The notes below the pieces were generated by a model, which worked only from the letters and a program-made list of their open reading frames with translations, made no database searches and had not been told where the DNA came from. A stretch of 58,739 nt of DNA, from the NCBI GenBank assembly GCA_003971905.1, contig RSEE01000172.1, positions 1-58,739 of the forward strand, given 5' to 3'. The stretch is from Moniliella sp. 'wahieum'. Taxonomy: Eukaryota. Position numbers and translations under genes: made by a program. This document shows, in pieces, positions 1-12,003 of this stretch; position 1 is the stretch's first letter; every line of letters begins with the position of its first letter.

Positions 1-11
1 CCTAACCCTAA
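1..11 (+). repeat. Telomeric repeat remnant (CCCTAA)n at window start
   Basis: Sequence opens cctaaccctaa, the C-rich strand of TTAGGG in the orientation expected at a left chromosome end. Only about 2 units are present. Confidence 0.5.
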
Positions 12-3000
12 GGTCGGAAACTGTTCCAGCAACGCCACTAGCCATTGGGTCTGGTGCCGTGCACACCCTGCAATCCATGCCTAGTATACCGGAGCCGCCG
101 CCGCACCATTGTGGCAGGAGACCCGCGCCGCCTGCGCCAGCGGCTGTGCGCACCGCCACGGCCGTCATAGTGCACAAGTGTCAGATCCTATGTTAATAGA
201 CACTGCAGCAGTAATGAGAGCGCATCTCCCTTCCAGCCCCCTCTGCCACATGGAAAGTTAGAGCCAAGTGCCCCTTCGGGACCGCGAACGCGACGAGAGA
301 CTAGCAATGCTCACTCCCCGTCGCCATGCATTAACAGCGCCCATGATGCCTAGCTAGTTCGCGAGCATCGCGGTCCCCACCCGGATGACCAGAGTGCGCT
401 CTTGACGAACGGACCGATGGAGACGAAACCTAGTACTCAATGAGTGTGGTGGTGGTGTGGTGAGGATGAGAGCGAGGGCGGTATTCGACAGGGCCAGACT
501 CGAGCAGCACCGTGGCCTGAGCAAAAGGCGGTGGAGGGCGATGTGGTTTGGGGCGACACAGCAAAGCTCGCCAGGCTGGCCGAGTGGATCGCGGTGGCGC
601 CCACGGATGGGCGCTGCACGAAGCACCCAGCACCACACCCTCTGGAAAGACCAGCCGCCATCATTACTCAGCGCTTAGCGAAGTCGAGCGAAATAGAGAG
701 AAAACGTTCGGGGGACGAGACATGGTGAGAACATCATGCTCATGCGTGAGAAAAGAGAGAGCGAAATGGCGCGTGCGTGGCTTGGGTATTAGCGCTAACT
801 AGTAACTTAGCGCTTAGCTGTGCCGTAGATCACGCGCACGCATCACTCACCACGTGGCATCAGAACCGTGGGGCACAGCCGCCATGCTCTTCTTGGATCG
901 ATGATCGGAGATTGATCGGAGATTGATCACCGGAGAACATAGAATCTGAGATGGACCTCACGTGTCACATGTCACATGTCACATCGGACATTTGTGAAAG
1001 GCTTCTTAGATCATCAATCAGCGATCATCAATCAGCGACCAGCGACCATGCATCTATCAGCGCACAAGCCACCACCATAGCCCACCCATCAAGGAAGCAC
1101 GTCCCCCTCAAAGTATATATGCCACCCGCATCCCTCGAGAGTGCGTTTTGGTGTGGCTTGTTGACGGCAGCGATGCGCGATTCGAGGAGTTGGTACGTGG
1201 AGGTTGGTGGTGCATGTCAGATCCGTTGATAGACCCCGCAGTACGCGTTGGTGCATGTGCTCTCATCAATCTCGCCCTGGCCCTCCCATCCGCTTCTCCT
1301 CTCTGCCATCCGCTTCGTCCATATTATTGGCTCATTACTTTTCATCCATCTCCACCTCCACCTCCGCATCCACCCCCCTGCCCCCATCTACCCACGCCAA
1401 CACTGATGCCAGGCACATATGCCCTATTTACTGACCCCTCATCGACCTCATCCGTCATCCGTCATGTTGTTAGTTTGACTCAAGTCATCTCCTCCGATTC
1501 GGTCTGACCTGTCGTCCCAAGTCAAGGTCCCTGGGCCGGTCTGTCTCCCCATATGCAGCCCTTCTTCAAGCAAATGGAAGACCAGATCTGTCTGGGCAGC
1601 ATCAGCTGATGGGGGATCAATCTGTTTTCTCGTTTTGTCTTTCACTACTGTCTGCCTTGGCCGTGCAATGGCGCGCTGCACTCCACCTTGTCTCACCTTG
1701 GCATCGCAGCAGTGCTAAGTCAAGTAATTTGAGCCCTTCGGTGCCTGTTATGTTGTCGCTCGCACTCTTTTTTCTCGCCTTGGCGTTGTGGGGTTTTCCT
1801 TCTTGTTTTAGTTGTGAATCCTCTTCTCCTTTACAATACGTCCAACAGTACAGCAAACGTCGTTTCGTCCTCCTCCTCTTGTCGCCGCATCACGTTGTAT
1901 TGAGTAGCGGAGTGTACTATTCAAGGCAAAAGGGGGTGGGTGTAGAATAACATTGTACCCGCGAGGGGTCATCCTACTTCTATGCAAAGTAGGGAAGAGA
2001 AGAAAGATAACTCGAACAAAAAAAAACAACAGTATAGATTGATCGTTCTATCCTGCGCCCATGCCGATGGGCTTGCAAATTAAGTTCCAGTGCGGCAGAT
2101 TGAGTGATTTGAAGTGGATCGGGATCAGCGTTACGAACCGTCAATGCTACATGGATACAGGACACGGTAACCATTTTCACCGCCAGCACCTGCTTCGCCC
2201 GTCCTTTGGGCCTCCACCACCTTCATTCAAGTTTCACCACTCTAGTATGGGGTTCGCACTGCGATTGGTGGTATCTTTACCGGCCCCACAGCCCCGATCG
2301 TCACCACGGGGCAGGGGCGTCGCTATGTCCAACGCATGTATCTTCATCAGCTCAGGTAGTATGCCGTGATGGTTCGTGGCTTCTCGAGATTATACACAAG
2401 ACAAGATGTGTGGGTTCAAGATTGCCTAGTAGTGCACGTTTGTGCCCAAGACAGTCAGCCTCGTTTCGGGCGTTGTGGGTGCTGCCTCTGCGTGCGATCT
2501 CGTTGTTAGCATCGGGATTTGTCCTGCGCTGCTCACAACAGTTCCCGATCCTTCGTTTATGCTGATGGAGCACGCGGGGGGGCACTGAGCCACACTCAAT
2601 CGGCCAGGGGCAGTGTACCTCGCAGCAAGAACGCGCCCCAGGGCATTTCTGCCTGGAGCCCCACTCAACACCATATGTCGAAGAGGTGGATGAGCCGCTG
2701 GCCCATTATACGTTCACACCGAAGAAGTTTTTGGGACCTACCACATGCCTGAGTGTGGTGGTAAGGGACTTGCATACGTTCGCTATGACCATATTAGTCT
2801 GGAGTGGGGCCCCGGCTCAAGTAGTAACAGAAAAGACACGAAGAAGGAGGATGTGATCTACGTCCCGGCATCCCCCCTTGCGTCCTCCCCCCTTCCTGCG
2901 TCACCACACGAACCACAAGTAGTTATACCGACCATCGACAGTGGCCCACTGTCAAGTATGTCTGTTGCCGTTACCCCAGAGTGTATTACCCCTGGCGTGG

Positions 3001-4139
3001 ATTCTTTGTCCCAGTAAAGAGGTTTGTAATGTATCCGACCACACTAGGTCCCATACTTATCGCTGCTGGTCCTACGTCCTTCTTTGATCCTGCAGGGATT
3101 CAGGGGCGTAAGAGAGACGATTGACGATTGACCTTCGTTATGTGTTTCCTCGGAGTCAGCGTTTCTTTGGTGATGTAGTACAATGTCTTATAAGGAGGGT
3201 TGAAATGTGGTCGGCCAAAATCCAGGTGATTGGGCTCGAGAGAGTGGGGGTTGGGCGGGACGTGGCGGTGAAGGAAGGGATAAATGAAGAGGCACAGAGA
3301 GTGGCTATATATCGTCGTCACCACAGCCCACACGTTCTACACCCTGATAGGTTGTTTACCTGTAGAGCTTAGTACTTTCTCCATCAATACTTAGGTCGGA
3401 CTTAGAGCCCATAGTGGCCTCGAAAGTGGAAGGGGGAGGGAGGATTCATCTCGCATATAGGTACAGAACGGACCGAGAGAGCTATGTGTCACACTGTTGG
3501 GGCCGGTTAGAGCTACTGCAAATGTGCCACTACCACGAGCGAGTCGCGCCGGAGAGGATCAACTGCCAGGCTAGCCCATGCTCCCCTCCGCGAGAGAGGG
3601 TACTACCCACTGAAGTTCGACCCAGTGTCTTTGCAAAGCCCTAAGGCCTAAGGCCTAAGGCCTAACGTCTGATGGGCGCCACCTTCACTTTTTCCCGCCT
3701 CTCAACATCACACGTGGGTGCCAGCGACGCTAATCTAGCAGCTGAGATGAGCCTAAGGACCAGCCGGAACCTGAAAGCAGTTGGGAAAAACAGCAGAACG
3801 GCCGCATCCATGCGACCATAGCGGTGCAAGCGCCCGCACCGACCGGACCGCACCTCTCTCAGCATAGACCGGGCAGATAGTCTTCATTGCACCTATATCC
3901 CTCTTACACTATGAGACGGGCGAGAGAGGAGAGGCTGCGCAGCCAGATTCGAGAAGTAGCTTCCACTTGACACAGCGGATGGCGTCGAACCAAGTGAGGC
4001 ACCTTCCACCGGCACCGACCCCATGCCTGATGAGGCCTGCCCCTTTTCCCATGTCACCCTGTCCTACACCCCCCCTTGCTGCGGACCAGTTGATCCAACC
4101 TCACCCACAGCCTGCAGAGCCCGAAGAAGAGAAGCCCGT

Positions 4140-4436
4140 ATCTCAATGTCATAAGATCGGCTGGGAAATCCTGCACACTTTTACGTCATAGGCACGTGCC
4201 GACCGATGCCACGTTCCCAGCCACCCGCAGCCAGAGAATCTCAATGTCATAAGATCGGCTGGGAAATCCTGCACACTTTTACGTCATAGGCACGTGCCGA
4301 CCGATGCCACGTTCCCAGCCACCCGCAGCCAGAGAATCTCAATGTCATAAGATCGGCTGGGAAATCCTGCACACTTTTACGTCATAGGCACGTGCCGACC
4401 GATGCCACGTTCCCAGCCACCCGCAGCCAGAGAATC
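4140..4436 (+). repeat. Perfect tandem repeat, 98-bp unit x3
   Basis: Unit atctcaatgtcataagatcgg...cccgcagccagaga starts at 4140, 4238 and 4336. Confidence 0.95.
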
Positions 4437-4631
4437 GGTGATATTATTTGCCCTCTCCAGCGTGGAAGGGTTCCAGCGTGGAACGGTAGCGACGGTGGAA
4501 CGGTGGCTAAGGTGGCGAAGGGGACCGGTGGCTAAGGTGGCGATGGGGGAACGGTGGCTAAGGTGGCGACGCAGCACCATGCTGGGGCGAAGCCCCAGCC
4601 GACCGGGCCGTAGGCCCGGTGGTCCTCCTCG
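4141..4631 (+). mobile_element. Putative non-autonomous Helitron-like element
   Basis: Starts A|TC and ends CTCG|T. Two perfect GC hairpins lie near the 3' end (GCTGGGGC-gaa-GCCCCAGC and ACCGGGCC-gta-GGCCCGGT). No TSD or TIR. A diverged second copy lies at 31720-31870 on the minus strand. Confidence 0.55.
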
Positions 4632-4674
4632 TGGGGGTAAATGCAGTATATTTGAGTTGGGGCCAATCCAGAGC

Positions 4675-4994
4675 TTAGCGCAGACGCCTGGGAAAAGGAC
4701 GGGGAGTCGCCGGTCAGTTGAGCTCGGCCAAAACAAGCGCAAGCAGAAGCGCAAGAGCAAGAGCAAGGGCAAGAGCAAGCGGGGAAGAGCCACGTACCGC
4801 GCCTCGCGCTCCGACTCGAGCAGCGCCAGGATGTCATCCACCTTGACGGGGCCCTTGACGTTCCGGATGATGGAGCGGGTCGAGTCGTCCATGAACTCGA
4901 CGCGGACCTGGATCACGCCACCGCGCGAGCCAGTGCGGCCGAGGACCTTGGTCACCTTGGCGAGCTTGACAGGTTGCTTCGAGACGGCCTCCAT
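4675..4994 (-). CDS. RPS28: 40S ribosomal protein S28 (eS28), 2 exons (4994-4798, 4687-4675)
   Basis: [37 protein letters not shown]...LLESEREAR. Removing the GTACGT..CTGAC..CAG intron restores the canonical REARRLR* end. Confidence 0.97.
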
Positions 4995-5339
4995 CGTTGG
5001 TGGGAGCCAGCTCGGCGGGCGCTGGGCTGCGGCCAGGACAGCCGCGGGAGCAGTAGGGTTGCCTTTCCGCCTTGGCTGCTTACCCCGGTGGACCCATTGC
5101 GCCAGAGGGTGAGTGTGGGCGCAATTTATTTCCCTCGGCTGCATCCTACGCGGGCAGAAGGCCAGCAGTAGGGTTTCACCGTGTGCGCCGCGCCACCGCG
5201 GCAGGTGAGACGCTAGCCCAGCCGGTCCGGCGCTCCTGCCTGCCCCACCCACCCCATCCCTCCCTCCCCTCCTTTTTCTCCCGGTGCGCATTTCCCTGCC
5301 AACTGCCGCAAGTGGGCCGGACTAACCAACGCAGAGCAG
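4995..5339. promoter_or_regulatory. Bidirectional RPS28/RPS5 promoter region with two GCAGTAGGGTT motifs, plus an RPS5 5'UTR intron at 5205-5334
   Basis: Head-to-head genes about 345 bp apart. An 11-bp direct repeat sits at 5050-5060 and 5165-5175. A GTGAGA...CTAAC...CAG intron ends just before the RPS5 ATG. Confidence 0.6.
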
Positions 5340-5960
5340 ATGGCGACTGTGCAGACGATTCCCAAGGAGGCCGCCGCGGTGGCTGCGCCCAAGGGGGCGG
5401 TGCTGCTGTTTGGCAAGTACGATGTGCAGGAAGTGGAGGTGAAAGACTTGTCGCTGCAGGACTACATTGCGCTGCGGAACGCGGTCTATGTCCCGCACAC
5501 GGCCGGGCGGTACGCGTCCAAGGCGTTCAAGAAGGCGTCGATGCCGATTGTAGAGCGGCTGGTGGATGCACTGATGATGAATGGGAGGAACAATGGCAAG
5601 AAGATCATGGCCGTTCGCATTGTGGCGCACGCGTTTGAGATCATCTCGCTCTTGACGGACCAGAACCCGATCCAAGTGTTGGTGGATGCGGTGATCAACA
5701 CGGGGCCCAGGGAGGACTCGACGCGGATCGGGTCCGGGGGCACGGTGCGGCGGCAAGCGGTGGACGTGTCGCCGCTGCGGAGGGTCAACCAAGCCATCTC
5801 GCTCTTGACCATTGGCACACGCGAATCCGCGTTCCGCAACGTTAAATCCATCTCGGAATGCCTGGCCGATGAGCTGATCAACGCCGCCAAGGGCTCCTCC
5901 AACTCGTACGCCATCAAGAAGAAGGACGAGCTGGAGCGGGTGGCCAAGAGCAACCGGTGA
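5340..5960 (+). CDS. RPS5: 40S ribosomal protein S5 (uS7)
   Basis: Intact 206-aa ORF with [41 protein letters not shown] and [13 protein letters not shown]. Confidence 0.98.
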   Translation: MATVQTIPKEAAAVAAPKGAVLLFGKYDVQEVEVKDLSLQDYIALRNAVYVPHTAGRYASKAFKKASMPIVERLVDALMMNGRNNGKKIMAVRIVAHAFEIISLLTDQNPIQVLVDAVINTGPREDSTRIGSGGTVRRQAVDVSPLRRVNQAISLLTIGTRESAFRNVKSISECLADELINAAKGSSNSYAIKKKDELERVAKSNR

Positions 5961-7536
5961 TCCGCCTCTCGTTCTGTCTTTGTTCCTTTCTCGTATTGCA
6001 TGCATTCAATCAGTGGGCGGGCGATATAGGTCAGCAGTGAGCGAGGAGCGGAGCGGAGCGGTCAGGCTGAGCGTTGACTGGTCCCCACAATGTAGGAGGT
6101 GACAGGCCCCCACAATGTAGGAGGTGACAGGCGAACTGGCTGGTTCGCGGATGTGATGGAGAGACGCAGCTGTAACCTGTCACTGGTGGTGGGCCCCCAG
6201 TGGCACGCTCTGCACGAGAGGTCCAAGCCCTACCGCGCGAAGGCGAAGACCAAACGGTGGACGGCACATGGGGGCGGTTTTGGCCCGCGTGAGGGGATGG
6301 AAGGGGGATGGTGGATGGCGGATGGCGTGGAGGGGCTAGTTGGTGGCAACCTGCCATGCCACGCTGGCGTTGTTGGATTGGTGTTGGTGTCGAACCGCGG
6401 GTAACCCTACCGCGTCGGGGGCTAGCATGCTCGTGCCCAGTCTGCCAGTCTGGCATACGGGCGGACCGCTGGCGGGAACAAGATCCACGAGCCAGCTGGG
6501 ATGGAAGTGGCTGGATGGTGCATGATGCATGACGCACGACGCATGATGCATGCCGTATGACGCGATGTGACGCGTGGCACGCGACAGGCGCCGGTGGGCC
6601 GGGTGGAGGGCACGGGGGCAGCCACGCCGCAGCCGGGCGGGCAGAACGGCCAGGGGTGTCACTGGACGGTCACCGGTCCCCTGCCCGCGAACCATGCGCA
6701 GACTGACTGGTGTGGTGCTGCGCTCCCATTCACGCTGCCTCGGCGGCGGCGTGGGCAGGGGGTGCCTGTGCGCGCGGCGGCCGCCGATACTGCCCCAGGC
6801 GGCCTGTGATTGGGCAGCGCGGCGCCTGTGTTGCGTGCCGGGGAGCGGGCCCAGCAAATTTGCGACGCACTGCGCGCCAGTGCTGGGGCGACGGGACGCG
6901 TGGCCACGGGCGGCAGGGGGAGCGGCGATGCCCAGGCACAGGCGCCGTGCGGGCCCGTGGGTGGGCGCCGTGCTGGCTCCTGTTTGCCACGGCCGCCCCA
7001 GCCGAACGCCGCCGCCCCCCCCACCATCTCGGCTGTCCGTGCTGCTGCCCGCATCGCTGTGGCCCTTCTCTCCCCGCCCACCCCCTCCGTGCTCCCCAGC
7101 AGGTACGTCTGCCCCCGCGCCCCCGTGTCCCCTGCCGCCGCCGGGCTGCCATGGCCATGCCTTGGCCACAGCCGCTGCCCCTCCTTCCTCCATCCTGGCT
7201 GTCGACATGCATGCCCTCCCTCGCCGCTGCGGTGCTCCCGGCGGCGTCGCTGCCTCGTGGCCATGCGCCTGTTCTCCGCCATGCCCTCGTCTCTTGCTTT
7301 GCGCTGCGCTGGATACGGGCTCGCCGCCCCGACGGAGGATAGAGACCTGTCGATCGCTGTGGCAGTGCTGTGGCAAATGTTCTGGCAGCGCCAACCGCGG
7401 TGGCCCCCGCAATGACCTCCGCCTTTCGGGGTCGTGCATGCTTGAATAGCTTCCTCTCTTACTGATCCTTTCCCCTTTCGTTTGCAGTTACATCCGACCC
7501 TCCCTTCCCTTGTGCGTGTGAGCACATTTGAGCAAG

Positions 7537-8561
7537 ATGGATCTTCGTGTAGGAGGCAAGTTCCGCATCGGCAAGAAGATTGGTTCGGGCTCGTTTGGTG
7601 ACATCTACCTCGGCATCAACATCATTTCCGGTGAGGAGGTGGCCATCAAGCTCGAGTCGATCAAGGCCAGGCACCCGCAGCTGGAGTACGAGGCGAAGGT
7701 GTACAAGTCCTTGGCTGGCGGCGTGGGTGTGTCGTTTGTGCGCTGGTTTGGCCAAGAGTGCGACTACAATGCTATGGTCATCGATCTGCTGGGCCCATCC
7801 CTGGAAGATCTGTTCAACTTCTGCCACCGCAAATTCAGCCTCAAGACTGTCCTTCTCCTCGCCGACCAAATGATCTCGCGCATCGAGTACATCCACTCGC
7901 GCCACTTTATTCACCGTGACATTAAGCCCGACAACTTCCTCATGGGTATTGGCAAGCGCGGGAACCAGGTCAACATTATCGACTTCGGTCTGGCCAAGAA
8001 ATACCGTGACCCCAAGTCCCACCTCCACATCCCTTACCGTGAGAACAAGAACCTCACGGGTACCGCCCGTTACACCTCGATCAACACCCACCTTGGTGTC
8101 GAGCAGTCCCGCCGGGATGACCTCGAGTCGCTCGGGTACGTCCTGATGTACTTCCTCCGCGGCAGCCTTCCGTGGCAGGGACTCAAGGCGGCAACTAAGA
8201 AGCAGAAGTACGACCGGATCATGGAAGAAGAAAATGACCACCCCACGGAACTTCTTTGCCGTGGCTTCCCCTCGGAGACGGCAGTGTACCTCAACTACTG
8301 CCGCTCGCTTCGCTTTGACGACAAGCCCGACTACAGCTATCTCCGCAAACTGTTCCGTGACCTGTTTGTGCGGGAGGGAGTACCAGTACGACTATGTTTG
8401 ACTGGTCCATTCAACAGCAGCGCAGCAAGGACGACCGTCGCGCTGCCCCGCGCGCCGACCCTGCTGCCCCGCTCCCTCGCCGTCGTCCGCTGATGGACGA
8501 GGCTGCGCATGCGTCGCGGCGCCCGGAGAATGGCCCTTTTGACCGCCCCGAGTACCTGTGA
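7537..8561 (+). CDS. HRR25: Casein kinase I (HRR25/Hhp1/CK1delta-type), with indels near the C-terminus
   Basis: [69 protein letters not shown] shift at about 8380 restores EGYQYDYVFDW, which reads on to TGA at 8561. Probable 5'UTR intron at 7103-7487. Confidence 0.93.
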
Positions 8562-8997
8562 ACACGTGAAACCCCATAACCCCCCAACCCTTCTTAACCC
8601 CCTGTTGAGTGGCGATCTTGTCGCCCTTAGTTCATCCGGGCCATTTTCTGTCCATGTTTGGCTCTTGAGGCGGCGATCCCACTCTCGCGCCCCGATCCCC
8701 TGACGCCCCCATGATATGGCCGGAGCCCCCCCACTGCCAGCAGGTTGGGCGAACTTGATTCCCCCGCCTCAAGACTGTGTTTGCAAGCCGGGAGAGGAAG
8801 GGGCGTTGACATAGGACGCGGATGGGCATCCTTGCCTCTGTCTCCCTGCCTTTTCCACTCCACGCTACTGTTCCAACTTGGTATTTGCCGTTCGTTCGTT
8901 CCTAGGGCCCGGGGACGGCAATGTATGTTTTTCGTTTGACATGAACGTGGTTGGTAGACAGCATGTAAGCTTGTATTTGTAATTTAGAGGTGCGTAC

Positions 8998-10391
8998 TGT
9001 TGGCCTAGGGAGCCGGACGGGCAGAAGGATGAGGAGAAGGTGATGGATTGGAGCCAGAGTTGGGTCTGGGTACAGAGGCATCTATATAGGAGGCTGGACT
9101 AGGCACAGGGACAGTGAGTCACACAGGAGAGAGTGCAGGGCACAGGGACAGTGACACGCAGGGACGTCAGCGTGGAAGCCGATGGAACCGAGGCGAACCT
9201 GGTCTACCGACTGGGAGCCAGAGGATCACAGTCAACACCCCCGCTGGCCAGGGAACCCGGAGACATCGGTTGTGGGATGAGCTCCTGCCAGTGGATGTAG
9301 AGAGGGGAGGACTTGAGTGGCAACCGGGACGAATGGCCTGGAGTTGTGCATGGCCACACGACTGGCCTACACCCCCGCTGTCCAGGATGACACCTGAACG
9401 AGCCGAGCGCTTGTGGTTGGTGTATTGTGCGACCGCCAGATGCTTGTAGAAGTCTTAGAAGTAAAAGTAGTAGGGGTTGCGCCCGAAGCGATTGGTGGGC
9501 AAAAGTAAAAAGCACCAGTTATAGGTGTAGTGAAAGAAAATTGGAAACTTGGAGTAAATGCGGTCCAAGGTCGTTGGCATCAAAATTGGATGCGTTTGGT
9601 AGTTGTTTGGTTCCGCATGCCTGGTGCCAGTGGGGTCCATTGGGCATGGGAAATGAACGGGCGCTATGCGTCAACCGTCTTGATCTGTTTGGGTTCTCTT
9701 GTTGTTGAAAAAGAGGAGTGGAAGAAGTTGGGTGACCACCCCCCCCATCCTTTCCCCAGGTGCCCCGGATGAATTGGCAATCCGGGGCGTGTAGCCGTGG
9801 GTGGGGCACTTGATGAGCAGCCACCCCGCTTTCTGCGATTCGCCTGCGCCGTTTTGTCGTTGGAGGAATTTCGTCTCGTTGACGATACCCGACACGTTTT
9901 GTTCCGTCGTGTGTTGTCCTAAAAATCATTGCCCCATCTGTGGGGGACGAGTGTGCCGATTGTGACGGTAGTATGCCGATTGTGGCGGTAGTATGCCGAT
10001 TGTGGCGGTAAGGTGCCGATTGTGGCGGTGGTGTTGTTGGGCGGGAGGACGGGTGTGTCTTGTGGGCTTGGCGGCTTAGCTTGGGCTTGTAGGCTTGGGG
10101 GTGGGCTTGCTTGAAGAGCGCTCCCCTTCCGGGGGGATCAGATTGTAGCTCTGTTGGCCTAGGGAGCCGGACGGGCAGAAGGATGAGGAGAAGGTGATGG
10201 ATTGGAGCCAGAGTTGGGTCTGGGTACAGAGGCATCTATATAGGAGGCTGGACTAGGCACAGGGACAGTGAGTCACACAGGAGAGAGTGCAGGGCACAGG
10301 GACAGTGACACGCAGGGACGTCAGCGTGGAAGCCGATGGAACCGAGGCGAACCTGGTCTACCGACTGGGAGCCAGAGGATCACAGTCAACA
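8998..10391 (-). mobile_element. Non-autonomous LTR retroelement (TRIM/deletion derivative) with identical 240-bp LTRs and 5-bp TSD CGTAC
   Basis: LTRs at 8998-9237 and 10152-10391, each TGTTG...CAACA. CGTAC at 8993-8997 and 10392-10396. A G-run (PPT-like) on the minus strand abuts the 8998-9237 LTR. A degenerate gag-knuckle-like peptide (KRRRR...HAPDC) lies inside. Confidence 0.93.
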
Positions 10392-10771
10392 CGTACGAGT
10401 GTTTGGCTTGCCTGCCAACGGATGTTGTTTGTCTCGGCCTCGGTAGGCGACATAGACTGTCGCGGGTGTAAGCGTCCTGGAAAAGCCCCAGCTCAAAAGC
10501 CCCAAACATGGAGAAGGACAGGTCTGTACGGATGCATGCAGCGCAGGGCACACGGCGCAAGCGCACGGTTTAACCCCTAACAGGTGAAGGGAGAAGCGGA
10601 TCAAGGAAGGCGAAAAAGCACAGTCTGCTGGCCAAGGCGATGGATGACCCAGGCGGACCTGGGGGTTGTTCAGGACGCCGTCTATGAACTGCCGTCGAAC
10701 GCGTCAACAAACAGCAAACTAGGGGAAGGGGGAAAGTGAGAGGGTGGGGGTGGGGCGACGACACCAAAAAG

Positions 10772-10868
10772 TGACTTCGCCCGGGCTCGAACCGGGGACC
10801 TTATCCGTTAACGCACGCTGCTAGGAGCGTGTTAAGGATACGTGATAAACCAACTACACCACGATGCC
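10772..10868 (-). tRNA. tRNA-Val(AAC), intron-containing
   Basis: GGCATCG-TGGTGTAGTTGG, anticodon stem TATCC/GGATA around TT-AAC-A, an intron of about 22 nt, T-loop GGTTCGAGCCC and a T5 terminator downstream. Confidence 0.9.
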
Positions 10869-11599
10869 ATTGGCTCAACAGTTGGGTTGAATATCTCCCG
10901 CGGCGCGTAGCGTTTTCACGGACCTACCAGTCAGAATCAGCACAGAGCAAGTGCCCCTCGACGTACGCTTTGCTGGCCAAGTACCCGGTAGACGTACACC
11001 AGGTTGAGCGACGTCCTATCAAATGACTAGTAGAGATGCACAGTATGGGACATGGAGAGTGCTATAGCAAAAGCGTCTTAATCCTTTGAGGGCATGCGGA
11101 GAGGAAGGAGAAGAGGAGCGAGTGAAAAGGGGCAGATTGTGGTTATCTATTTCTTCAATAGTGAATTGGGAGTCACTAGCCAGCACTGACGCTCGCAGAT
11201 TCGCAATGACCCAAATACCATGGGAGGACAAAAAAGTCGGTACCACCAGCGCAGCACCCTCCACTAATATACTGGTTCGCTATACTGCATCCATATCATT
11301 GACAGAGCTTAAGGCTGGGACGGGAAGCGCTACGCCTAAACCGACCCGTTCACCTTGCGTGCGTTGCCTGGTACGCCATACTGTGCTCGGATGCATATAT
11401 ACGACCGCTACTGTATGATCAAAAGTCGCTCATTCCAAGTGTTTGGCGCATGTGTCTGCCATGTAGTAGTATGGCAAGAAGGCAAAACCACAAATGCGTT
11501 ACTCAGACAGCTCATCGGCAGCACGTTGGTGCAACTTGAGGCTTGTCAAGCCCAAGCATGAGAGGTTCTCCAGCAACGGATCCTTCCCGGTATATGATG

Positions 11600-12003
11600 C
11601 ACTACAGGTAGACCATCCGTCCTTTTGACGGTGCGGTTTTCAGCCATGGCCTAGGAGAAATGTCTACCATCGAGTTGAGTTAGGCCCCACTTCTTGGAAA
11701 CGATGATCTCCTGCCGCCCTGCAAACTTGTAGCGGACATGGTGCAAGACTTCCAGCACCCCGCCTGTGATTGTTGTCCTTGGAGAGGATGGAAAGTAAGA
11801 GACCTGTCCACTGATGTTGACATGTTGAAGACATGTTGACATGAGAGCCACACCACAGGCCGTACGGCTTAGCCCATAATGCATTGTGCATACTGGTTTG
11901 CAGTGGAGGAGCACCGACACACGAGAGCATCTTGTGATTCGGATCACACGGAACGGGTGCACACGGAAGATGCGCAAGTGGAAGGCATCTTTGTTGGCCG
12001 TCT
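11600..12003 (-). pseudogene. RPL10: Degenerate fragment of 60S ribosomal protein L10 (uL16)
   Basis: Across frames: KDAFHLRI-RVHPF-VIRI, MLSC.GA..LQT.M, NI.GQ, YKFAGRQEIIVSKKWGLT. Many substitutions and shifts, and the N-terminus is absent. Confidence 0.8.

Noticed and set aside
3100..3372. YPFLHR peptide on the minus strand as a fungal TF remnant
   Set aside because: It is a single short motif with no supporting context.
3640..3665. (CCTAAGG)n as an interstitial telomere
   Set aside because: The unit is 7 bp and fits the TAA-GGCC array pattern rather than CCCTAA.
4140..4436. 98-bp repeats as a CRISPR array
   Set aside because: The units are contiguous and identical with no unique spacers, the context is eukaryotic, and there are no cas genes.
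4377..5291. 304-aa ORF as an extended RPS28
   Set aside because: It is read-through of the promoter and intron. Splicing gives the normal protein of about 69 aa.
6031..7525. Several long overlapping ORFs (up to 367 aa) upstream of CK1
   Set aside because: These are GC-rich, stop-poor frames with R/P/G/A-biased composition and no domain. The region fits the CK1 promoter, 5'UTR and intron.
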